Positions 22,456 through 33,843 of a DNA stretch of 64,000 nucleotides are shown one piece after another (the stretch's first letter is position 1; each line of letters starts with the position of its first letter). The notes beneath the pieces were generated by a model that saw only the letters and a list, made by a program, of their open reading frames with translations, ran no database searches and had not been told where the DNA came from. Origin of the DNA: Candidatus Kapaibacterium sp. (GTDB taxonomy: Bacteria; Bacteroidota; Ignavibacteria; Kapaibacteriales; NICIL-2); the NCBI GenBank assembly GCA_026003475.1, contig BPHJ01000001.1, forward strand, positions 1,922,098 through 1,986,097, written 5' to 3'. Made by a program: the position numbers and the translations under genes.

Positions 22456-23397
22456 ATGATGAACAGACATAACAAAGATACAGCACACCGAGCGTGGATC
22501 ATGCGGCGCCTTCGCGCGTGGTTCGACACGAACCGCCGCGATCTACCCTGGCGTCGAGAGCCGCGCGATCCATACCACGTTCTCGTTGCAGAGGTAATGC
22601 TCCAGCAAACGCAGGTCTGGCGCGTCGAGCCTGTGTTTGAACGATTCGTTGCACAATTTCCAACGCTCGAAGCGCTCGCCCGCGCACCGCAAGCAGCCGT
22701 CATCATTGCCTGGCAGGGACTCGGATACAATCGCCGCGCTGTGAATCTGCTCCGCTGCGCAACGCTGATCGTAGAACGCTATGGCGGCTTCATGCCTGAC
22801 GATCCCCAGACTCTTCGCACCTTGCCTGGCATTGGCGATTACACGGCATCGGCAGTTTGTGCGTTTGCGTTCGGTAAGGATATTGCCGTCGTGGACGTCA
22901 ATGTTCACCGTGTACTCAGCAGGGTGTGGGTGCCGCAAGCGACCGAAGCGGACCTGTTGCCGCGGCAACAGGTGCAGGCGCTTGCTCGTAGCCTTCTCCC
23001 ACGCGGTGGTGGTCGGTGGTGGAACGAAGCACTCATGGACCTGGGTTCCCTACTCTGTCGTCGCCGCCAGCCACGCTGCACCGATTGTCCGCTTCGGGTG
23101 CGATGTGCTTCAGCAGGAACAATGGCACCGCCGCCACAGCAGCGACGCACCGAGCCAACCTATCGCGGGATCCCGCGGCGGCTCTGGCGCGGACGGCTGA
23201 TCGCAATACTCCGCCAACAGTCACCGCGCTTGGTCGCTGATTGTGCCGATGCTCTCTTTGCCACTCCGACAGCGGGCGACCAGCGCTGGCTGCATGCCCT
23301 GCTCCGACAATTGGCACGCGATGGCTTAGTCGTCGTTACCGGTGAAACGGTCGCCCTCCCCGGCACCGAGTTCGCAGTTGGAACGTACCGACAATGA
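22456..23397 (+). CDS. mutY: A/G-specific adenine glycosylase
   Basis: EVMLQQTQV, WQGLGYNRRA, LPGIGDYTA, CxxxxPxCxxCP. Confidence 0.93.
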   Translation: MMNRHNKDTAHRAWIMRRLRAWFDTNRRDLPWRREPRDPYHVLVAEVMLQQTQVWRVEPVFERFVAQFPTLEALARAPQAAVIIAWQGLGYNRRAVNLLRCATLIVERYGGFMPDDPQTLRTLPGIGDYTASAVCAFAFGKDIAVVDVNVHRVLSRVWVPQATEADLLPRQQVQALARSLLPRGGGRWWNEALMDLGSLLCRRRQPRCTDCPLRVRCASAGTMAPPPQQRRTEPTYRGIPRRLWRGRLIAILRQQSPRLVADCADALFATPTAGDQRWLHALLRQLARDGLVVVTGETVALPGTEFAVGTYRQ

Positions 23398-23447
23398 TTT
23401 CGCCGTTTCGTTCGTTTAGTGTCGCTGTTTCGTCCATTACCTCGCCC

Positions 23448-25784
23448 ATGAACACCGAATCACAGCTCCACCTTGCCGACGGTTTTTCGTACGCGGACTT
23501 GCACACAATCCACGGTCTGCGGCGCCTCTACACTGCATGGGAGCAGTTTTTTGCAAACCATAACCCGGACGGTTACAAACAATTCTGTGCTCTGCGAGAC
23601 CGAACTGCCGAAGAACTTCCTCCACCGCAGCAGAGCGCAATCTTGATGCGTGCTGCCGAAGCAGTGGAGCTGTTCCTGGCGCACCTTTTTGGCATTGAAG
23701 CTGAGCGCAGGGCACTTGCTGCACGTATCGAACGCGAGCGCCGCATCACCGCTCTGCGGAGTGAATTTCTCAAGCGTGCTGCGCTTCGGCACAAGCAGTT
23801 GGATACCTCACCCCAGCGGTGGCAAATCCTTTCGGACGGCTACGAGCAAGTGCAGCGTCTTTTCCCATCGCTCCAGTGGCAGGACGAAGAAGCAGCCCTT
23901 GCCGATGCTGTGCACCAGCTCCAGGAAGCAGCACGCGGTGCATCCACCAATAGCATCCCTCCCGACCGTGCCGCAGAGCTCCTGACGTTGCTGGAGGAAT
24001 ACCTGCTCGTGCGTCGAATCGTCGCACCCGAAACGCTCAGCGGCTGGTTGCTTGCCTGGACGCCGCGTAAGACCGATCCGGCACACTTGGTCGAAGCATC
24101 AACCGTGGTGGCCGATGGTGTCGAGCGCTGGCACGGCACGCACTTGCGTCATCGGGATGGTTTTGCCTTGACTGACCAGCGAGCATCGCTCCGGCAGGTG
24201 ATGGGGCAAATTGACTACTGCATGATCTGCCACGAGCGACAGAAAGATTCCTGTTCGAAAGGTTTCCGCAATCCCGACGGAACCTACAAGCGCAATCCAC
24301 TCGGAGTGACTCTCACTGGCTGCCCTCTTGAGGAACACATCAGCCAGATGCATGCACTCAAAGCGCGCGGTTATTCGCTGGCAGCGCTGACGATGGTAAC
24401 CATCAACAATCCCTTCTGCGCTGGCACTGGTCACCGCATCTGCAACGACTGCATGAAAGGCTGCATCTTCCAAAAACAAGAGCCGGTCAACATTCCTCAA
24501 ATCGAAACCAGCGTGCTGACCGACGTACTGGGACTGCCATGGGGCGTTGAACTCTATGACCTGCTCACGCGGTGGAATCCACTCCGATTGGAGCGCCCTG
24601 TTCCGCTGCCGTACAACGGACGCAAAGTGCTCGTCGTCGGGATGGGTCCGGCTGGTTATACGCTGTCGCTCTACTTGCTCAACGATGGGTTTGGCGTCGT
24701 TGGGATTGATGGGCTGAAAATCGAACCTTTGCCCGTCGAGTGGATCGGCAGCGACCAGGTCCCCCCTCAACCGATTCGCGATTGGCAAGCGATAACCGAA
24801 CCACTCGATCGCCGCATTCCACGCGGCTTCGGCGGCGTTAGCGAATACGGCATCACCGTCCGCTGGGACAAAAACTTTCTGACCCTGCTGCAGCTCATTC
24901 TCCAGCGACGGGGCACGTTCCTGCTGCTCGACGGTGTTCGCTTCGGTGGCACCATCACACTCGAGGATGCCTGGGAGCAGGGATTCGACCATGTCGCCCT
25001 CTGCACCGGTGCCGGACGGCCGCGGATTATCAGCGTCGAGAACAACCTCGCCCGCGGGGTGCGCAAAGCATCAGATTTTCTGATGTCGCTCCAGCTAACC
25101 GGCGCTGCCCAGCACGATAGCTTTGCCAACCTTCAACTCCGCTTGCCAACCATCGTCATCGGTGGCGGCTTGACGGGCATTGACACTGCCACCGAAGCAC
25201 TGGCATACTACGCCATTCAAGTGGAACGCTTCTACCAGCGCGCCTGCACCTTGATCGCTGCCGCAGGCGAGGAGGCATTCTGGTCGCGCTTCCGTGGCGA
25301 CGATCGCAGCATCGCCGAGGAGTTCTTCGCCCATGGGCAAGCAATTGCAGCCGAGCGCACGCGAGCAGCCGCCTCCGGTGAGCAGCCGCAGTTGCTATCG
25401 TTGCTGCAGCAGTGGGGTGGCGTCCAGCTTGTGTACCGCAAACGCTGGCAGGACTCACCCGCCTACCGACTCAACCACGAGGAAATCGAAAAGGCACTCG
25501 AAGAAGGTATCGAGATGATCGAGTGTCTCGACCCACGCCGCTTTGTGCTCGATGAGCACCGACATATCCGTGCCGTGGTCTTCGAGCGTATCGCGTGGGA
25601 TGGCACGCGCTATGTCCCTACCGGTGAACTCATCGAGCTGCCTGCACGGAGCGTGATCATCGCTGCCGGTACCCAACCGAACATCACCTACGAGCGGGAA
25701 TATCCCGGCACCTTCGAACTCGACGACAGCGGTCGCTACTACCGAGCTTACACCCGCGCAGTACCGGAGCTGGTCACCGAGTAG
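23448..25784 (+). CDS. FAD/Fe-S pyridine nucleotide-disulfide oxidoreductase (glutamate synthase small-subunit-like)
   Basis: CMICH, GCPLEE, RICNDCMKGC, GMGPAG, GGGLTGID. Confidence 0.85.
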   Translation: MNTESQLHLADGFSYADLHTIHGLRRLYTAWEQFFANHNPDGYKQFCALRDRTAEELPPPQQSAILMRAAEAVELFLAHLFGIEAERRALAARIERERRITALRSEFLKRAALRHKQLDTSPQRWQILSDGYEQVQRLFPSLQWQDEEAALADAVHQLQEAARGASTNSIPPDRAAELLTLLEEYLLVRRIVAPETLSGWLLAWTPRKTDPAHLVEASTVVADGVERWHGTHLRHRDGFALTDQRASLRQVMGQIDYCMICHERQKDSCSKGFRNPDGTYKRNPLGVTLTGCPLEEHISQMHALKARGYSLAALTMVTINNPFCAGTGHRICNDCMKGCIFQKQEPVNIPQIETSVLTDVLGLPWGVELYDLLTRWNPLRLERPVPLPYNGRKVLVVGMGPAGYTLSLYLLNDGFGVVGIDGLKIEPLPVEWIGSDQVPPQPIRDWQAITEPLDRRIPRGFGGVSEYGITVRWDKNFLTLLQLILQRRGTFLLLDGVRFGGTITLEDAWEQGFDHVALCTGAGRPRIISVENNLARGVRKASDFLMSLQLTGAAQHDSFANLQLRLPTIVIGGGLTGIDTATEALAYYAIQVERFYQRACTLIAAAGEEAFWSRFRGDDRSIAEEFFAHGQAIAAERTRAAASGEQPQLLSLLQQWGGVQLVYRKRWQDSPAYRLNHEEIEKALEEGIEMIECLDPRRFVLDEHRHIRAVVFERIAWDGTRYVPTGELIELPARSVIIAAGTQPNITYEREYPGTFELDDSGRYYRAYTRAVPELVTE

Positions 25785-25904
25785 TGCTGCTGCGCACCGC
25801 TTATGCGCTGCGCTGGCGTGCGATGGCCTCTTCCGATAGCCGCCTCGAGATCATGCCCCGCTTCCTAACGCCTTCGCAAGCTGGCATGCGCGCACTGCTC
25901 CCGC

Positions 25905-25947
25905 AAAAAAAATCGGCGCAGGAGCTGTGGTGTTGGCTCCAGCGCCG
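25905..25947 (-). terminator. Rho-independent terminator of dnaK
   Basis: Minus strand CGGCGCTGGAGC...GCTCCTGCGCCG followed by a T8 run. Confidence 0.7.
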
Positions 25948-25976
25948 CACGCTCTGATTGCACCCTACTCGAGTGC

Positions 25977-27884
25977 TTACTTATCGTCCACGACGGTGAA
26001 CTCGGCATCCTCGACGCCCGGCGTTGCTGCCGATCCATCGCCAGAGCCAGTAGTCGTGCCGCTGGTGCTCCCTCCTCCGGTGCTACTTGCCTGATACATG
26101 GCAGCGCTAGCGTCGTTCCAGGCTTTCGTGAGCGCATCCATCGCCGGACGTATATCGACTGGATTGTTCTTGATGGCATCCTGGAGCCGCTCTTTGGCTT
26201 GTTCGATGCCAGAGCGATGCTCTGCCGAGAGCTTGTCGCCCAGTTCCTGGAGCTGCTTGTCGGTTTGGTACACGAGCTGATCGGCTTGATTGCGCAGCTC
26301 GATTTCTTCGCGGCGTTTTTTATCCTCGGCAGCGTGCTCTTGGGCATCGCGCTTCATGCGCTCGATTTCTTCCTTGCTCAAGCCCGACGATGCCGTAATG
26401 CGGATGTCCTGTTGCTTACCGGTTGCTTTATCGCGCGCGGTGACGGTCAAAATGCCATTGGCGTCAATGTCGAAGGTAACTTCGATTTGCGGCACACCAC
26501 GCGGCGCCGGTGGAATGCCATCGAGGTGGAAGCGCCCCAGCGAACGGTTGTCACGCGCCATCGGACGTTCGCCCTGGAGAACGTGGATCTCCACCGAGGT
26601 TTGGTTATCGGTTGCAGTCGAAAAGATTTCGGTTTTCCGCGTCGGGATAGTAGTATTGGCCGGGATCATCGGCGTCATCACGCCACCGAGCGTTTCGATG
26701 CCGAGCGTTAGCGGCGTGACGTCCAGCAGGAGCACGTCGGTCACTTCGCCCGAGAGCACCGCACCTTGGATAGCAGCACCGACGGCAACCACCTCATCGG
26801 GATTGACGCTCTTGGATGGTTCTTTGCCGAAGAAGTTGCGCACCAACTCTTGGATGCGCGGAATTCGGGTCGAACCACCGACGAGAATGACTTCGTCAAT
26901 TTTATCAGGCGTCAACTTTGCTGCCTGGAGTGCCTGCTCACAGGGCTTGAGTGTTCGCTCGAACAGATCGTTGCAGAGCTGTTCGAACTTAGCCCGCGTG
27001 ATGGTCATTTGCAGATGCTTGGGACCATCAGCAGTGGCGGTAATAAAGGGCAGATTGATTTCGGTTTGGAGCATTTGCGACAGCTCGCACTTTGCTTTTT
27101 CTGCGGCTTCGCGCAAGCGCTGCAGCGCCATGGGGTCGTTCCGCAGGTCAATGCCCTCTTGCCGTTTGAATTCATCGGCGATGTAGTCAATGAGGCGTTG
27201 GTCGAAGTTATCCCCGCCCAGGTGCGTATCGCCACTGGTGGACTTGACCTCGAAGACACCTTCGCCGATTTCGAGGATGGAAATGTCGAAGGTGCCACCG
27301 CCAAGGTCATAGACGGCAACGGTCATTGTCTTACCGCGTTTGTCGAGCCCATAGGCAAGGGCGGCAGCAGTTGGCTCGTTGATAATCCGGCGGACGTTGA
27401 GCCCTGCAATTTCACCGGCTTCCTTGGTTGCTTGGCGCTGCGCATCGTTGAAGTATGCCGGCACCGTGATGACCGCATCGGTGACTTTTTGCCCCAGGTA
27501 CTCTTCGGCGGTCTGCTTCATCTTCTGCAGAATCATTGCCGAGATTTCCGGCGGCGCATAGAGGCGCCCGTCAATGTCCACGCGAACGGTCCCACCATCG
27601 GGTCCCGGCACAACTTTGTAGGGGACCATCTTTGCTTCTTCGGTGACCTCGTCCCAACGGCGACCCATGAAGCGCTTGATGGAGTAGATCGTGTTGCGCG
27701 GATTAGTGATCGCCTGCCGTTTAGCTGCTTGACCCACCAGTCGTTCGCCCGTTTTGGTAAACGCAACGACCGAAGGCGTGGTGCGGCTGCCCTCGCTGTT
27801 GGCAATGACGACCGGCTGGGTGCCTTCCATGACGGCAACAACCGAGTTCGTGGTCCCAAGGTCAATACCAATGATTTTGCCCAT
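25977..27884 (-). CDS. dnaK: Chaperone DnaK
   Basis: [27 protein letters not shown]. Confidence 0.99.
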   Translation of the reverse strand: MGKIIGIDLGTTNSVVAVMEGTQPVVIANSEGSRTTPSVVAFTKTGERLVGQAAKRQAITNPRNTIYSIKRFMGRRWDEVTEEAKMVPYKVVPGPDGGTVRVDIDGRLYAPPEISAMILQKMKQTAEEYLGQKVTDAVITVPAYFNDAQRQATKEAGEIAGLNVRRIINEPTAAALAYGLDKRGKTMTVAVYDLGGGTFDISILEIGEGVFEVKSTSGDTHLGGDNFDQRLIDYIADEFKRQEGIDLRNDPMALQRLREAAEKAKCELSQMLQTEINLPFITATADGPKHLQMTITRAKFEQLCNDLFERTLKPCEQALQAAKLTPDKIDEVILVGGSTRIPRIQELVRNFFGKEPSKSVNPDEVVAVGAAIQGAVLSGEVTDVLLLDVTPLTLGIETLGGVMTPMIPANTTIPTRKTEIFSTATDNQTSVEIHVLQGERPMARDNRSLGRFHLDGIPPAPRGVPQIEVTFDIDANGILTVTARDKATGKQQDIRITASSGLSKEEIERMKRDAQEHAAEDKKRREEIELRNQADQLVYQTDKQLQELGDKLSAEHRSGIEQAKERLQDAIKNNPVDIRPAMDALTKAWNDASAAMYQASSTGGGSTSGTTTGSGDGSAATPGVEDAEFTVVDDK

Positions 27885-27925
27885 CGGGATTGCTGTCGAA
27901 ATTGTTGAACATGCGCAGTGTTTCC

Positions 27926-27942
27926 TACAGGAATCATGCCAA
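27926..27942 (-). promoter_or_regulatory. Possible sigma-54-like (-24/-12) promoter of dnaK
   Basis: Minus strand TTGGCATGATTCCTGTA resembles TGGCAC-N5-TTGC; the -12 element is imperfect. Confidence 0.3.
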
Positions 27943-28112
27943 GCCAGTCTCAGCCGTCAGCATGGCAGAGGAAGCTGGCAATGTTGCGACAGGCGTGTTC
28001 CAATGTGGCAGCAGACACAGCGCTCACGACAAATGCACACCCTACGCGCCTCCTGCTGTTGGCACACAGCTTGCGGGTTGGGCTGACACAGTTTCTACAT
28101 GGATTACCACGG

Positions 28113-30266
28113 ATGGCACAGCAGCCACGCGCACTGCTCGGCGGATCGAGCACTCTTCCCCCAAACGTCGAAGCATTCTTGAGCAGCTTCGACCGCTACC
28201 GCGACTTAGCACTCGTGGTGGGCATTCTCGGCGTTCTCGGCTTGCTCATCATCCCCCTGCCAGCATTCCTGCTGGATTTGCTCTTGGGACTCAACATTGC
28301 CCTTTCGGTGCTGATCCTGATGGTTGTGGTCTATATCCAATCGCCGCTGGACATCAGCACCTTCCCGACGATTCTGCTGGTAGCAACGCTCTTCCGATTG
28401 GGCATGAACATTGCCTCGACACGGCTCATCCTGAGCGAAGCATCTGCGGGCAAGATTATCCATGCGTTCGGAACCTTCGTCGTCAGCGGCAATTTCGTCG
28501 TTGGCGTCGTCGTGTTCTTGATTCTGCTCGTGATCAACTTCGTTGTGATCATCAAGGGTTCGACGCGCATTGCCGAAGTGGCTGCGCGCTTTACCCTCGA
28601 TGCTCTGCCGGGCAAACAAATGAGCATTGATGCTGATCTCAACGCTGGATTCATTGACGAGAAAGAAGCACGCCGCCGACGCGAACAGCTCCAACGCGAA
28701 GCGGAATTCTACGGTGCAATGGACGGCGCTTCCAAGTTCGTCAAAGGTGATGCGATCGCTGGGCTGGTGATTACGGGCATCAACATATTGGGTGGCTTTG
28801 CCATCGGTGTGCTCCAGCGCGGGCTCGACATCGGCACATCGCTCAAAACCTACACCATCTTGACCATCGGTGATGGATTGGTCTCGCAGGTGCCGGCACT
28901 GCTGGTGTCGGTTGCCGCTGGGTTGATCATCTCGCGCACCAGTTCGTCAACGTCCCTCGACAAGGACCTGAGCCGGCAGTTGACCGGTCGGGCGCGTCCC
29001 CTATTCGTGGTTGCTGGCGTTGCTGTCGGGATGGGATTGCTCCCGGGATTTCCCTTGCTCCCGTTTACGCTTCTGGGACTCTCGATCGGTACGGTTGCCT
29101 GGGTTCGCCGCCGCCAGGCTCAAGCTGCCGAACGGGAGCAGCTCCGGCAAGAACTTGCGCAGACAGAAACCGCGCAGAAGCAACCCGAACAACCTATCGA
29201 GGAGCTGATCAAGGTTGATCCAGTCGAAGTCGAAATCGGGCTCAACCTCCTTCCTCTGGCCGATGAACAGCACGGCGGAGACTTGTTCCGACGCATTGCG
29301 AACATTCGGCGCCAGCTCGCCACCGAACTGGGGATCATCCTGCCGCCGGTGCGTGTGCGTGATAACTTGGCGCTCGAACCCGATGAGTATGTGGTCAAGC
29401 TTCGTGGCAACATTATCGCACGTAACCGCCTCTACGTTGGGATGCTGCTTGCAATGAATCCCGGCAACGCCGAGGGCGAACTCCACGGTATCGAAGTTCA
29501 AGAACCGGTCTTCGGTCTGCCAGCAACCTGGATTCCGCTCCACGAGCGAGAGAATGCCGAACTATCGGGCTTTACCGTCGTCGAACCAGCCACCGTGTTA
29601 GCAACCCATCTTTCGGAGCTGCTCCGCAGGAACGCCGACAAGCTCCTCACGCGCCAAGATGTGCGTCAACTGATCGAGTCGCTCAAGAAAGACTACCCCG
29701 CACTGGTCGAGGAAATCACGCCTGATACACTCCCGTTGGGTACGATCCAGAAAGTGCTCCAGAACCTGCTCAAAGAGCAAATCCCCATCCGCGACCTCCC
29801 GACAATTCTCGAAGCATTGCTCGAATACGTCAAGGTCACCAAGAACACCGATGTTCTGACCGAATACGTTCGCCATCACCTGGGCGAAACCATCAAGCGA
29901 CTCTTCCAGGATGCCAACGGCACGCTGCATGTAGCCAGCTTGGATCCCGCTGTCGAGAACGTTATCGCCACAACACTCCAGAACAACGCCTCGGCGCAGT
30001 CGAGTCCTACACTGGGTCTTTCCCCCGACCTGGTACGAACGCTGTTGCAAAGTGCCGGTGCTGCTTTCGATCAGTTGACAACCATGGGTTACCAACCAGT
30101 GGTGATCTGCTCAGCACCGGTGCGACCGTACTTGTACCGTCTGCTGCGGACGCACTACCCCATCGCCAGCGTCATCAGCTACTCCGAGTTGCCGCCCGAA
30201 ACCGACGTGGACATCGTTGCACGCATTGGTCTTCAGGAGCAGTCATCCTCCGCGATTGCCGCATAG
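28113..30266 (+). CDS. flhA: Flagellar export apparatus protein FlhA
   Basis: EVAARFTLDALPGKQMSIDADL, FYGAMDGASKFVKGDAIAG, LTIGDGLVSQ. Confidence 0.95.
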   Translation: MAQQPRALLGGSSTLPPNVEAFLSSFDRYRDLALVVGILGVLGLLIIPLPAFLLDLLLGLNIALSVLILMVVVYIQSPLDISTFPTILLVATLFRLGMNIASTRLILSEASAGKIIHAFGTFVVSGNFVVGVVVFLILLVINFVVIIKGSTRIAEVAARFTLDALPGKQMSIDADLNAGFIDEKEARRRREQLQREAEFYGAMDGASKFVKGDAIAGLVITGINILGGFAIGVLQRGLDIGTSLKTYTILTIGDGLVSQVPALLVSVAAGLIISRTSSSTSLDKDLSRQLTGRARPLFVVAGVAVGMGLLPGFPLLPFTLLGLSIGTVAWVRRRQAQAAEREQLRQELAQTETAQKQPEQPIEELIKVDPVEVEIGLNLLPLADEQHGGDLFRRIANIRRQLATELGIILPPVRVRDNLALEPDEYVVKLRGNIIARNRLYVGMLLAMNPGNAEGELHGIEVQEPVFGLPATWIPLHERENAELSGFTVVEPATVLATHLSELLRRNADKLLTRQDVRQLIESLKKDYPALVEEITPDTLPLGTIQKVLQNLLKEQIPIRDLPTILEALLEYVKVTKNTDVLTEYVRHHLGETIKRLFQDANGTLHVASLDPAVENVIATTLQNNASAQSSPTLGLSPDLVRTLLQSAGAAFDQLTTMGYQPVVICSAPVRPYLYRLLRTHYPIASVISYSELPPETDVDIVARIGLQEQSSSAIAA

Positions 30267-30362
30267 CGCAGAAGGGGCTTTTCCTGTGCTTGGGGCAATA
30301 GCGCCCTATTTTTGCAACCAATCGAAGCGAGGACATGTTTCACCGACTGCCTGTAGAAACTG

Positions 30363-30515
30363 ATGAAGCGCACCTATCAGCCCAGCCGTCGCCGTCGCCG
30401 AGCCACCCACGGTTTTCGCGCTCGGATGGCGACAAAGAACGGACGGAAAGTGCTTGCCGCGCGCCGCGCAAAAGGACGGTACAAGCTGACCGTCAGCGAT
30501 GAACGGCACTGGTGA
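30363..30515 (+). CDS. rpmH: 50S ribosomal protein L34 (below the ORF-track cutoff)
   Basis: [50 protein letters not shown]. Confidence 0.97.
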   Translation: MKRTYQPSRRRRRATHGFRARMATKNGRKVLAARRAKGRYKLTVSDERHW

Positions 30516-30892
30516 GCACCCGCCGAATCTACTCTCTTCGTGGTCAGATTCGCTTTCGCTCGGTGTTGCGGCACAGTATGCGTGCCCACGACCCCAGCGG
30601 AATGGTGATGGTGCACGTGTTGCCCGCAGCTGAGCCGTGTCCACTGCAGCTTGGCGTCATCGTACCGCGCTCGGTTTGCCCAACAGCGGTCGGGCGAAAC
30701 CGTCTGCGTCGCCTCCTGCGTGAGAGCATTCGCACGCTCCTCGTCGAAGAGCCGGCGCTCCTTGCAGGAGCAGAAGCAGTTGTGCTCCGCTGGCGCGTCA
30801 AACCCTCGTCTGATTGCAAGCGGCTTCGGTTACGGCAGGTGCTGCCGCTGGTTCGTGCGGCTCTCGAAGTCGCCACCGACTCGCAGCAATGA
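30512..30892 (+). CDS. rnpA: Ribonuclease P protein component
   Basis: [16 protein letters not shown] motif; directly after rpmH. Confidence 0.85.
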   Translation: MSTRRIYSLRGQIRFRSVLRHSMRAHDPSGMVMVHVLPAAEPCPLQLGVIVPRSVCPTAVGRNRLRRLLRESIRTLLVEEPALLAGAEAVVLRWRVKPSSDCKRLRLRQVLPLVRAALEVATDSQQ

Positions 30893-31176
30893 TTGTTTTT
30901 TGCCCGCATGCGATGGACAACGACCCCTACATTTTCAGCCCAGACAATCTGCTGCGCCAACTCGACGAAGCTCCCTTCGAGGTGGGCTACTACACTGTGC
31001 GTTTCTACGTGGACGAGCACGGACGGCTCGCCCGCCATCGCACCGACCGACTGGCAACGTTCTACTACTCGCCTTCCGGCGGAACACTGCGCGACGAACA
31101 GCTCAACATTGTCCTCTACAGCGCACGATTGGACCGCTACAAGGGGTATGGACGGCTTAGCGAAAGCGAAGACTAA
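30889..31176 (+). CDS. Hypothetical protein
   Basis: ATGA overlap with the rnpA stop; FYYSPSGGTLRD segment. Confidence 0.6.
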   Translation: MIVFCPHAMDNDPYIFSPDNLLRQLDEAPFEVGYYTVRFYVDEHGRLARHRTDRLATFYYSPSGGTLRDEQLNIVLYSARLDRYKGYGRLSESED

Positions 31177-31376
31177 ACCGCCGTCCCTCGGTTCGCCCTC
31201 CACGCTGCTCTGACCGCAACGACCACTGCAACGAGGATACTCTCGCGCTGCACTGGCTGCAGCATGTAGGGTGTGGAAAAATTTTTCTTGCATGAATGGG
31301 GATGGAAAGTGTAATTTGCAATCGCGTGCGGAAGGCAGCATACCGTGCGCTCTAATAGCCCACTCCAACCGTTCTC

Positions 31377-33548
31377 GTGTGCGATATGTCACCAGAGAGC
31401 CGAACACGGCTTGGGATGGTGAGTCCTGAGCGCGTTGCTACCGTGTGTTTCGATGTCCACGCCTGTTTTGCCGAGGGCGAGCCGAGCAACAGTCTTGCGC
31501 CAGTGCTCCATACCGTTGCCCTGTTGACGCTGCACCGATTCGACCGTCTGCCACCGCATCGCCAGTCGCTCTCGGTCATCGGCAGTAACATTGCCGGAGC
31601 GCTCGTCCGACTGGGCACGCTCGACCGACGGCTCGAGGGCGTGATGGAGGCATGGAAGTTTGGACTCAACGCTGCCGGCCAGCCCTACGATCCCCATCGC
31701 ATCCGCACCGCTGTTCAATTGGTCACCGCCCTTCGCCCGATCGAGCCACGCGCGTTTGCACAAGGCGTCGCGCAGTACGTCGTCAGCATCGAACTTGCCA
31801 AGCGGGGACTTCCGCAGACCTTGCCAATGCTGGCATACCGGATTCTCCAGCCACCGCCCTGGGCCGCACTGCTCGAATGCGGGAGCATGCAGAGCGGACT
31901 GTTGTGGACCATGACGGCACTTCTCGGAGCATTTTCACCACCGGCAGCACCAGCTGTCCGTTTCACCGTTGCCGACTGTGATCGGCGGCAGGAGGCATTG
32001 GTCCGCATGCTTGCAACCTTCGCCCCGTGGGAGATTCCTGTCGGCCTTGTCGAGTCGCTCCCAGCCTGCGCGAAGTCCCCGCTTCGCTTCGATCGAATTA
32101 TCGCCATTGCCGACAGCGTCGTCGAGGGTTATCTCGATACCTGCTGGCATTTGCTCCATCCTGGCGGCAAGGCATTGGTTGCACTGCCTGCGGTCCATCG
32201 GGAACAGTGGTGGGAACACCAGATTCGCCAAGCGCGCGCTGCCGATCGCATCGAGGCACTCATCGAATGGTCGCCCGATGATTCTCCCCAGCATGGATGG
32301 ATACTGATCCTGCTGCGAACAACAGCACCCGTGCATGTACGCCGGCGCACGCTCGTCGGCAGACTCGTCGGCGACTTCTCGGTGGAACGCATCGAGGAGC
32401 TCTGCGACGGGCTTGCACGCGGCAGCATCGAAAGCTCATGGCTGGAGTGGACCGCCCACCAACGGATCACACCCAGAACAGGAACAGCAACCCCCTCATT
32501 GGCAACGCTGCTGGAGCACTCCAGCGAGCGTGGCGTGGACATCAGCCCGCTGGTTATCGGCACGAATGGCTCACTCCGGTTTGACGACCGCATCACCTCT
32601 GGCGAAGCGCTCCGCATCGCTATTCGTTCCACGCAGGGACTGCGCATGCACGAAATGCGCTACTACTACTCGCTCGACCAGTGGTGGCACCGCATCCGTC
32701 CGCTCTTGGGGCAGTATGGTCGGATGGTCTGGCAAACGGTGGAGCAATCCCTCATTGAGCAGCTTCTTTGTGTGCCGAGCGTTCCGTTGTTTGCTGCGCG
32801 TGCTCTTGCGGTGCGCTGGTGGCAGGTGGTGGAACCAGATCTGTGGGGTATCGAGCAGTTCGGTGCCCGCAGCATTGTGGAAAGCATCCTTGGCAGCATC
32901 GAGCGGAAGCTGCGTACGCACGGTGTCAAGCTCTGGAAGCAGCTCGACGAGCGGGAACGGTTCGTGCTGGAACGCTGTGTGCCTACTCTTGCTCAGCGGG
33001 TGCAGCAGGAACTCCGTCGCCAGGCACACCAGCGGCAGAGCGAGCTTCAGCAGATGGACGCACGCATCCAGACGCTCACGGCAGAGCTGGCCGCCTACCG
33101 CCACCGCATGAGCCAGCTCCACGCACGCGCCAAAGCACACGATGTGCCCCACGATGCACCCGAACTCATTGATAGCACCTTGCCGCTCCAGAACGAACTC
33201 AGCCAGCTTCTCAAGGAAATGGTTGTCGTGCAGAGCGAGCTGAAGATGCTCCAGAATAGCCGCGCCTTGATCGAGCAGCCGAGCCAGAGCGATTGGTTCT
33301 CGCCTGTTGTTGCGCGCTGCACAGCGCAGCTTTTACCTGCATTGCAAGCGGTGCGTCGGTCCCTCGATGCACGATCAGCCTGGGCGCTACTCGAAGGGCT
33401 GTGGGAAGAAGAGCTTCGCGCGGAAGCGGAGCACGTCTGGGAATCACTCGTCGAGGAGGTCTGCCGCCAATTGGAGCGCATCTGGGAACGCATGGCAACA
33501 GAGCCCGCGACGAACGCAGCACTTCGGGCAGCAGTTCGGGCGCAGTAA
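31377..33548 (+). CDS. Degenerate type I HsdM-like (N-6 DNA methylase fold) protein with C-terminal coiled coil
   Basis: Eroded motifs in HsdM order: LLECGSMQSG, RFDRIIAIAD, LHPGGKALVALP, RIEALIEW, WILILLR. Confidence 0.5.
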   Translation: MCDMSPESRTRLGMVSPERVATVCFDVHACFAEGEPSNSLAPVLHTVALLTLHRFDRLPPHRQSLSVIGSNIAGALVRLGTLDRRLEGVMEAWKFGLNAAGQPYDPHRIRTAVQLVTALRPIEPRAFAQGVAQYVVSIELAKRGLPQTLPMLAYRILQPPPWAALLECGSMQSGLLWTMTALLGAFSPPAAPAVRFTVADCDRRQEALVRMLATFAPWEIPVGLVESLPACAKSPLRFDRIIAIADSVVEGYLDTCWHLLHPGGKALVALPAVHREQWWEHQIRQARAADRIEALIEWSPDDSPQHGWILILLRTTAPVHVRRRTLVGRLVGDFSVERIEELCDGLARGSIESSWLEWTAHQRITPRTGTATPSLATLLEHSSERGVDISPLVIGTNGSLRFDDRITSGEALRIAIRSTQGLRMHEMRYYYSLDQWWHRIRPLLGQYGRMVWQTVEQSLIEQLLCVPSVPLFAARALAVRWWQVVEPDLWGIEQFGARSIVESILGSIERKLRTHGVKLWKQLDERERFVLERCVPTLAQRVQQELRRQAHQRQSELQQMDARIQTLTAELAAYRHRMSQLHARAKAHDVPHDAPELIDSTLPLQNELSQLLKEMVVVQSELKMLQNSRALIEQPSQSDWFSPVVARCTAQLLPALQAVRRSLDARSAWALLEGLWEEELRAEAEHVWESLVEEVCRQLERIWERMATEPATNAALRAAVRAQ

Positions 33549-33705
33549 GCGGGAAAGGGAAGTCGTCGCTGCCGCAATCACACCACGCACCCCGGGTACG
33601 CAGAGCACCCCCAGCTTTCAAGAGCGCGTCGGTCGTGCATATTTTGGCAGCAGTTAGTGTATGCGTTCCGCTATGATCCCATCGCAACATCCGAAAACAC
33701 CAGCA

Positions 33706-33843
33706 ATGCCACAACGCAGAAGCTTGGCAGCACGCTCTGCCGCCACGCTCGGCTTCGAATCCAAGCTCTGGGCAGTGGCCGACGCGCTGCATCGCAGGTT
33801 CGTCACATCCATCAGCCACCGGACACAAGGGGAAGTGCAATGA
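33706..33843 (+). pseudogene. 5' remnant of type I restriction-modification hsdM
   Basis: ATLGFESKLWAVADALH matches the HsdM N-terminal LGFExKLWxAADxLR pattern, then similarity stops. Confidence 0.7.

Noticed and set aside
26199-27908. Long antisense ORFs opposite dnaK
   Set aside because: Well-known antisense shadow frames of hsp70 genes.
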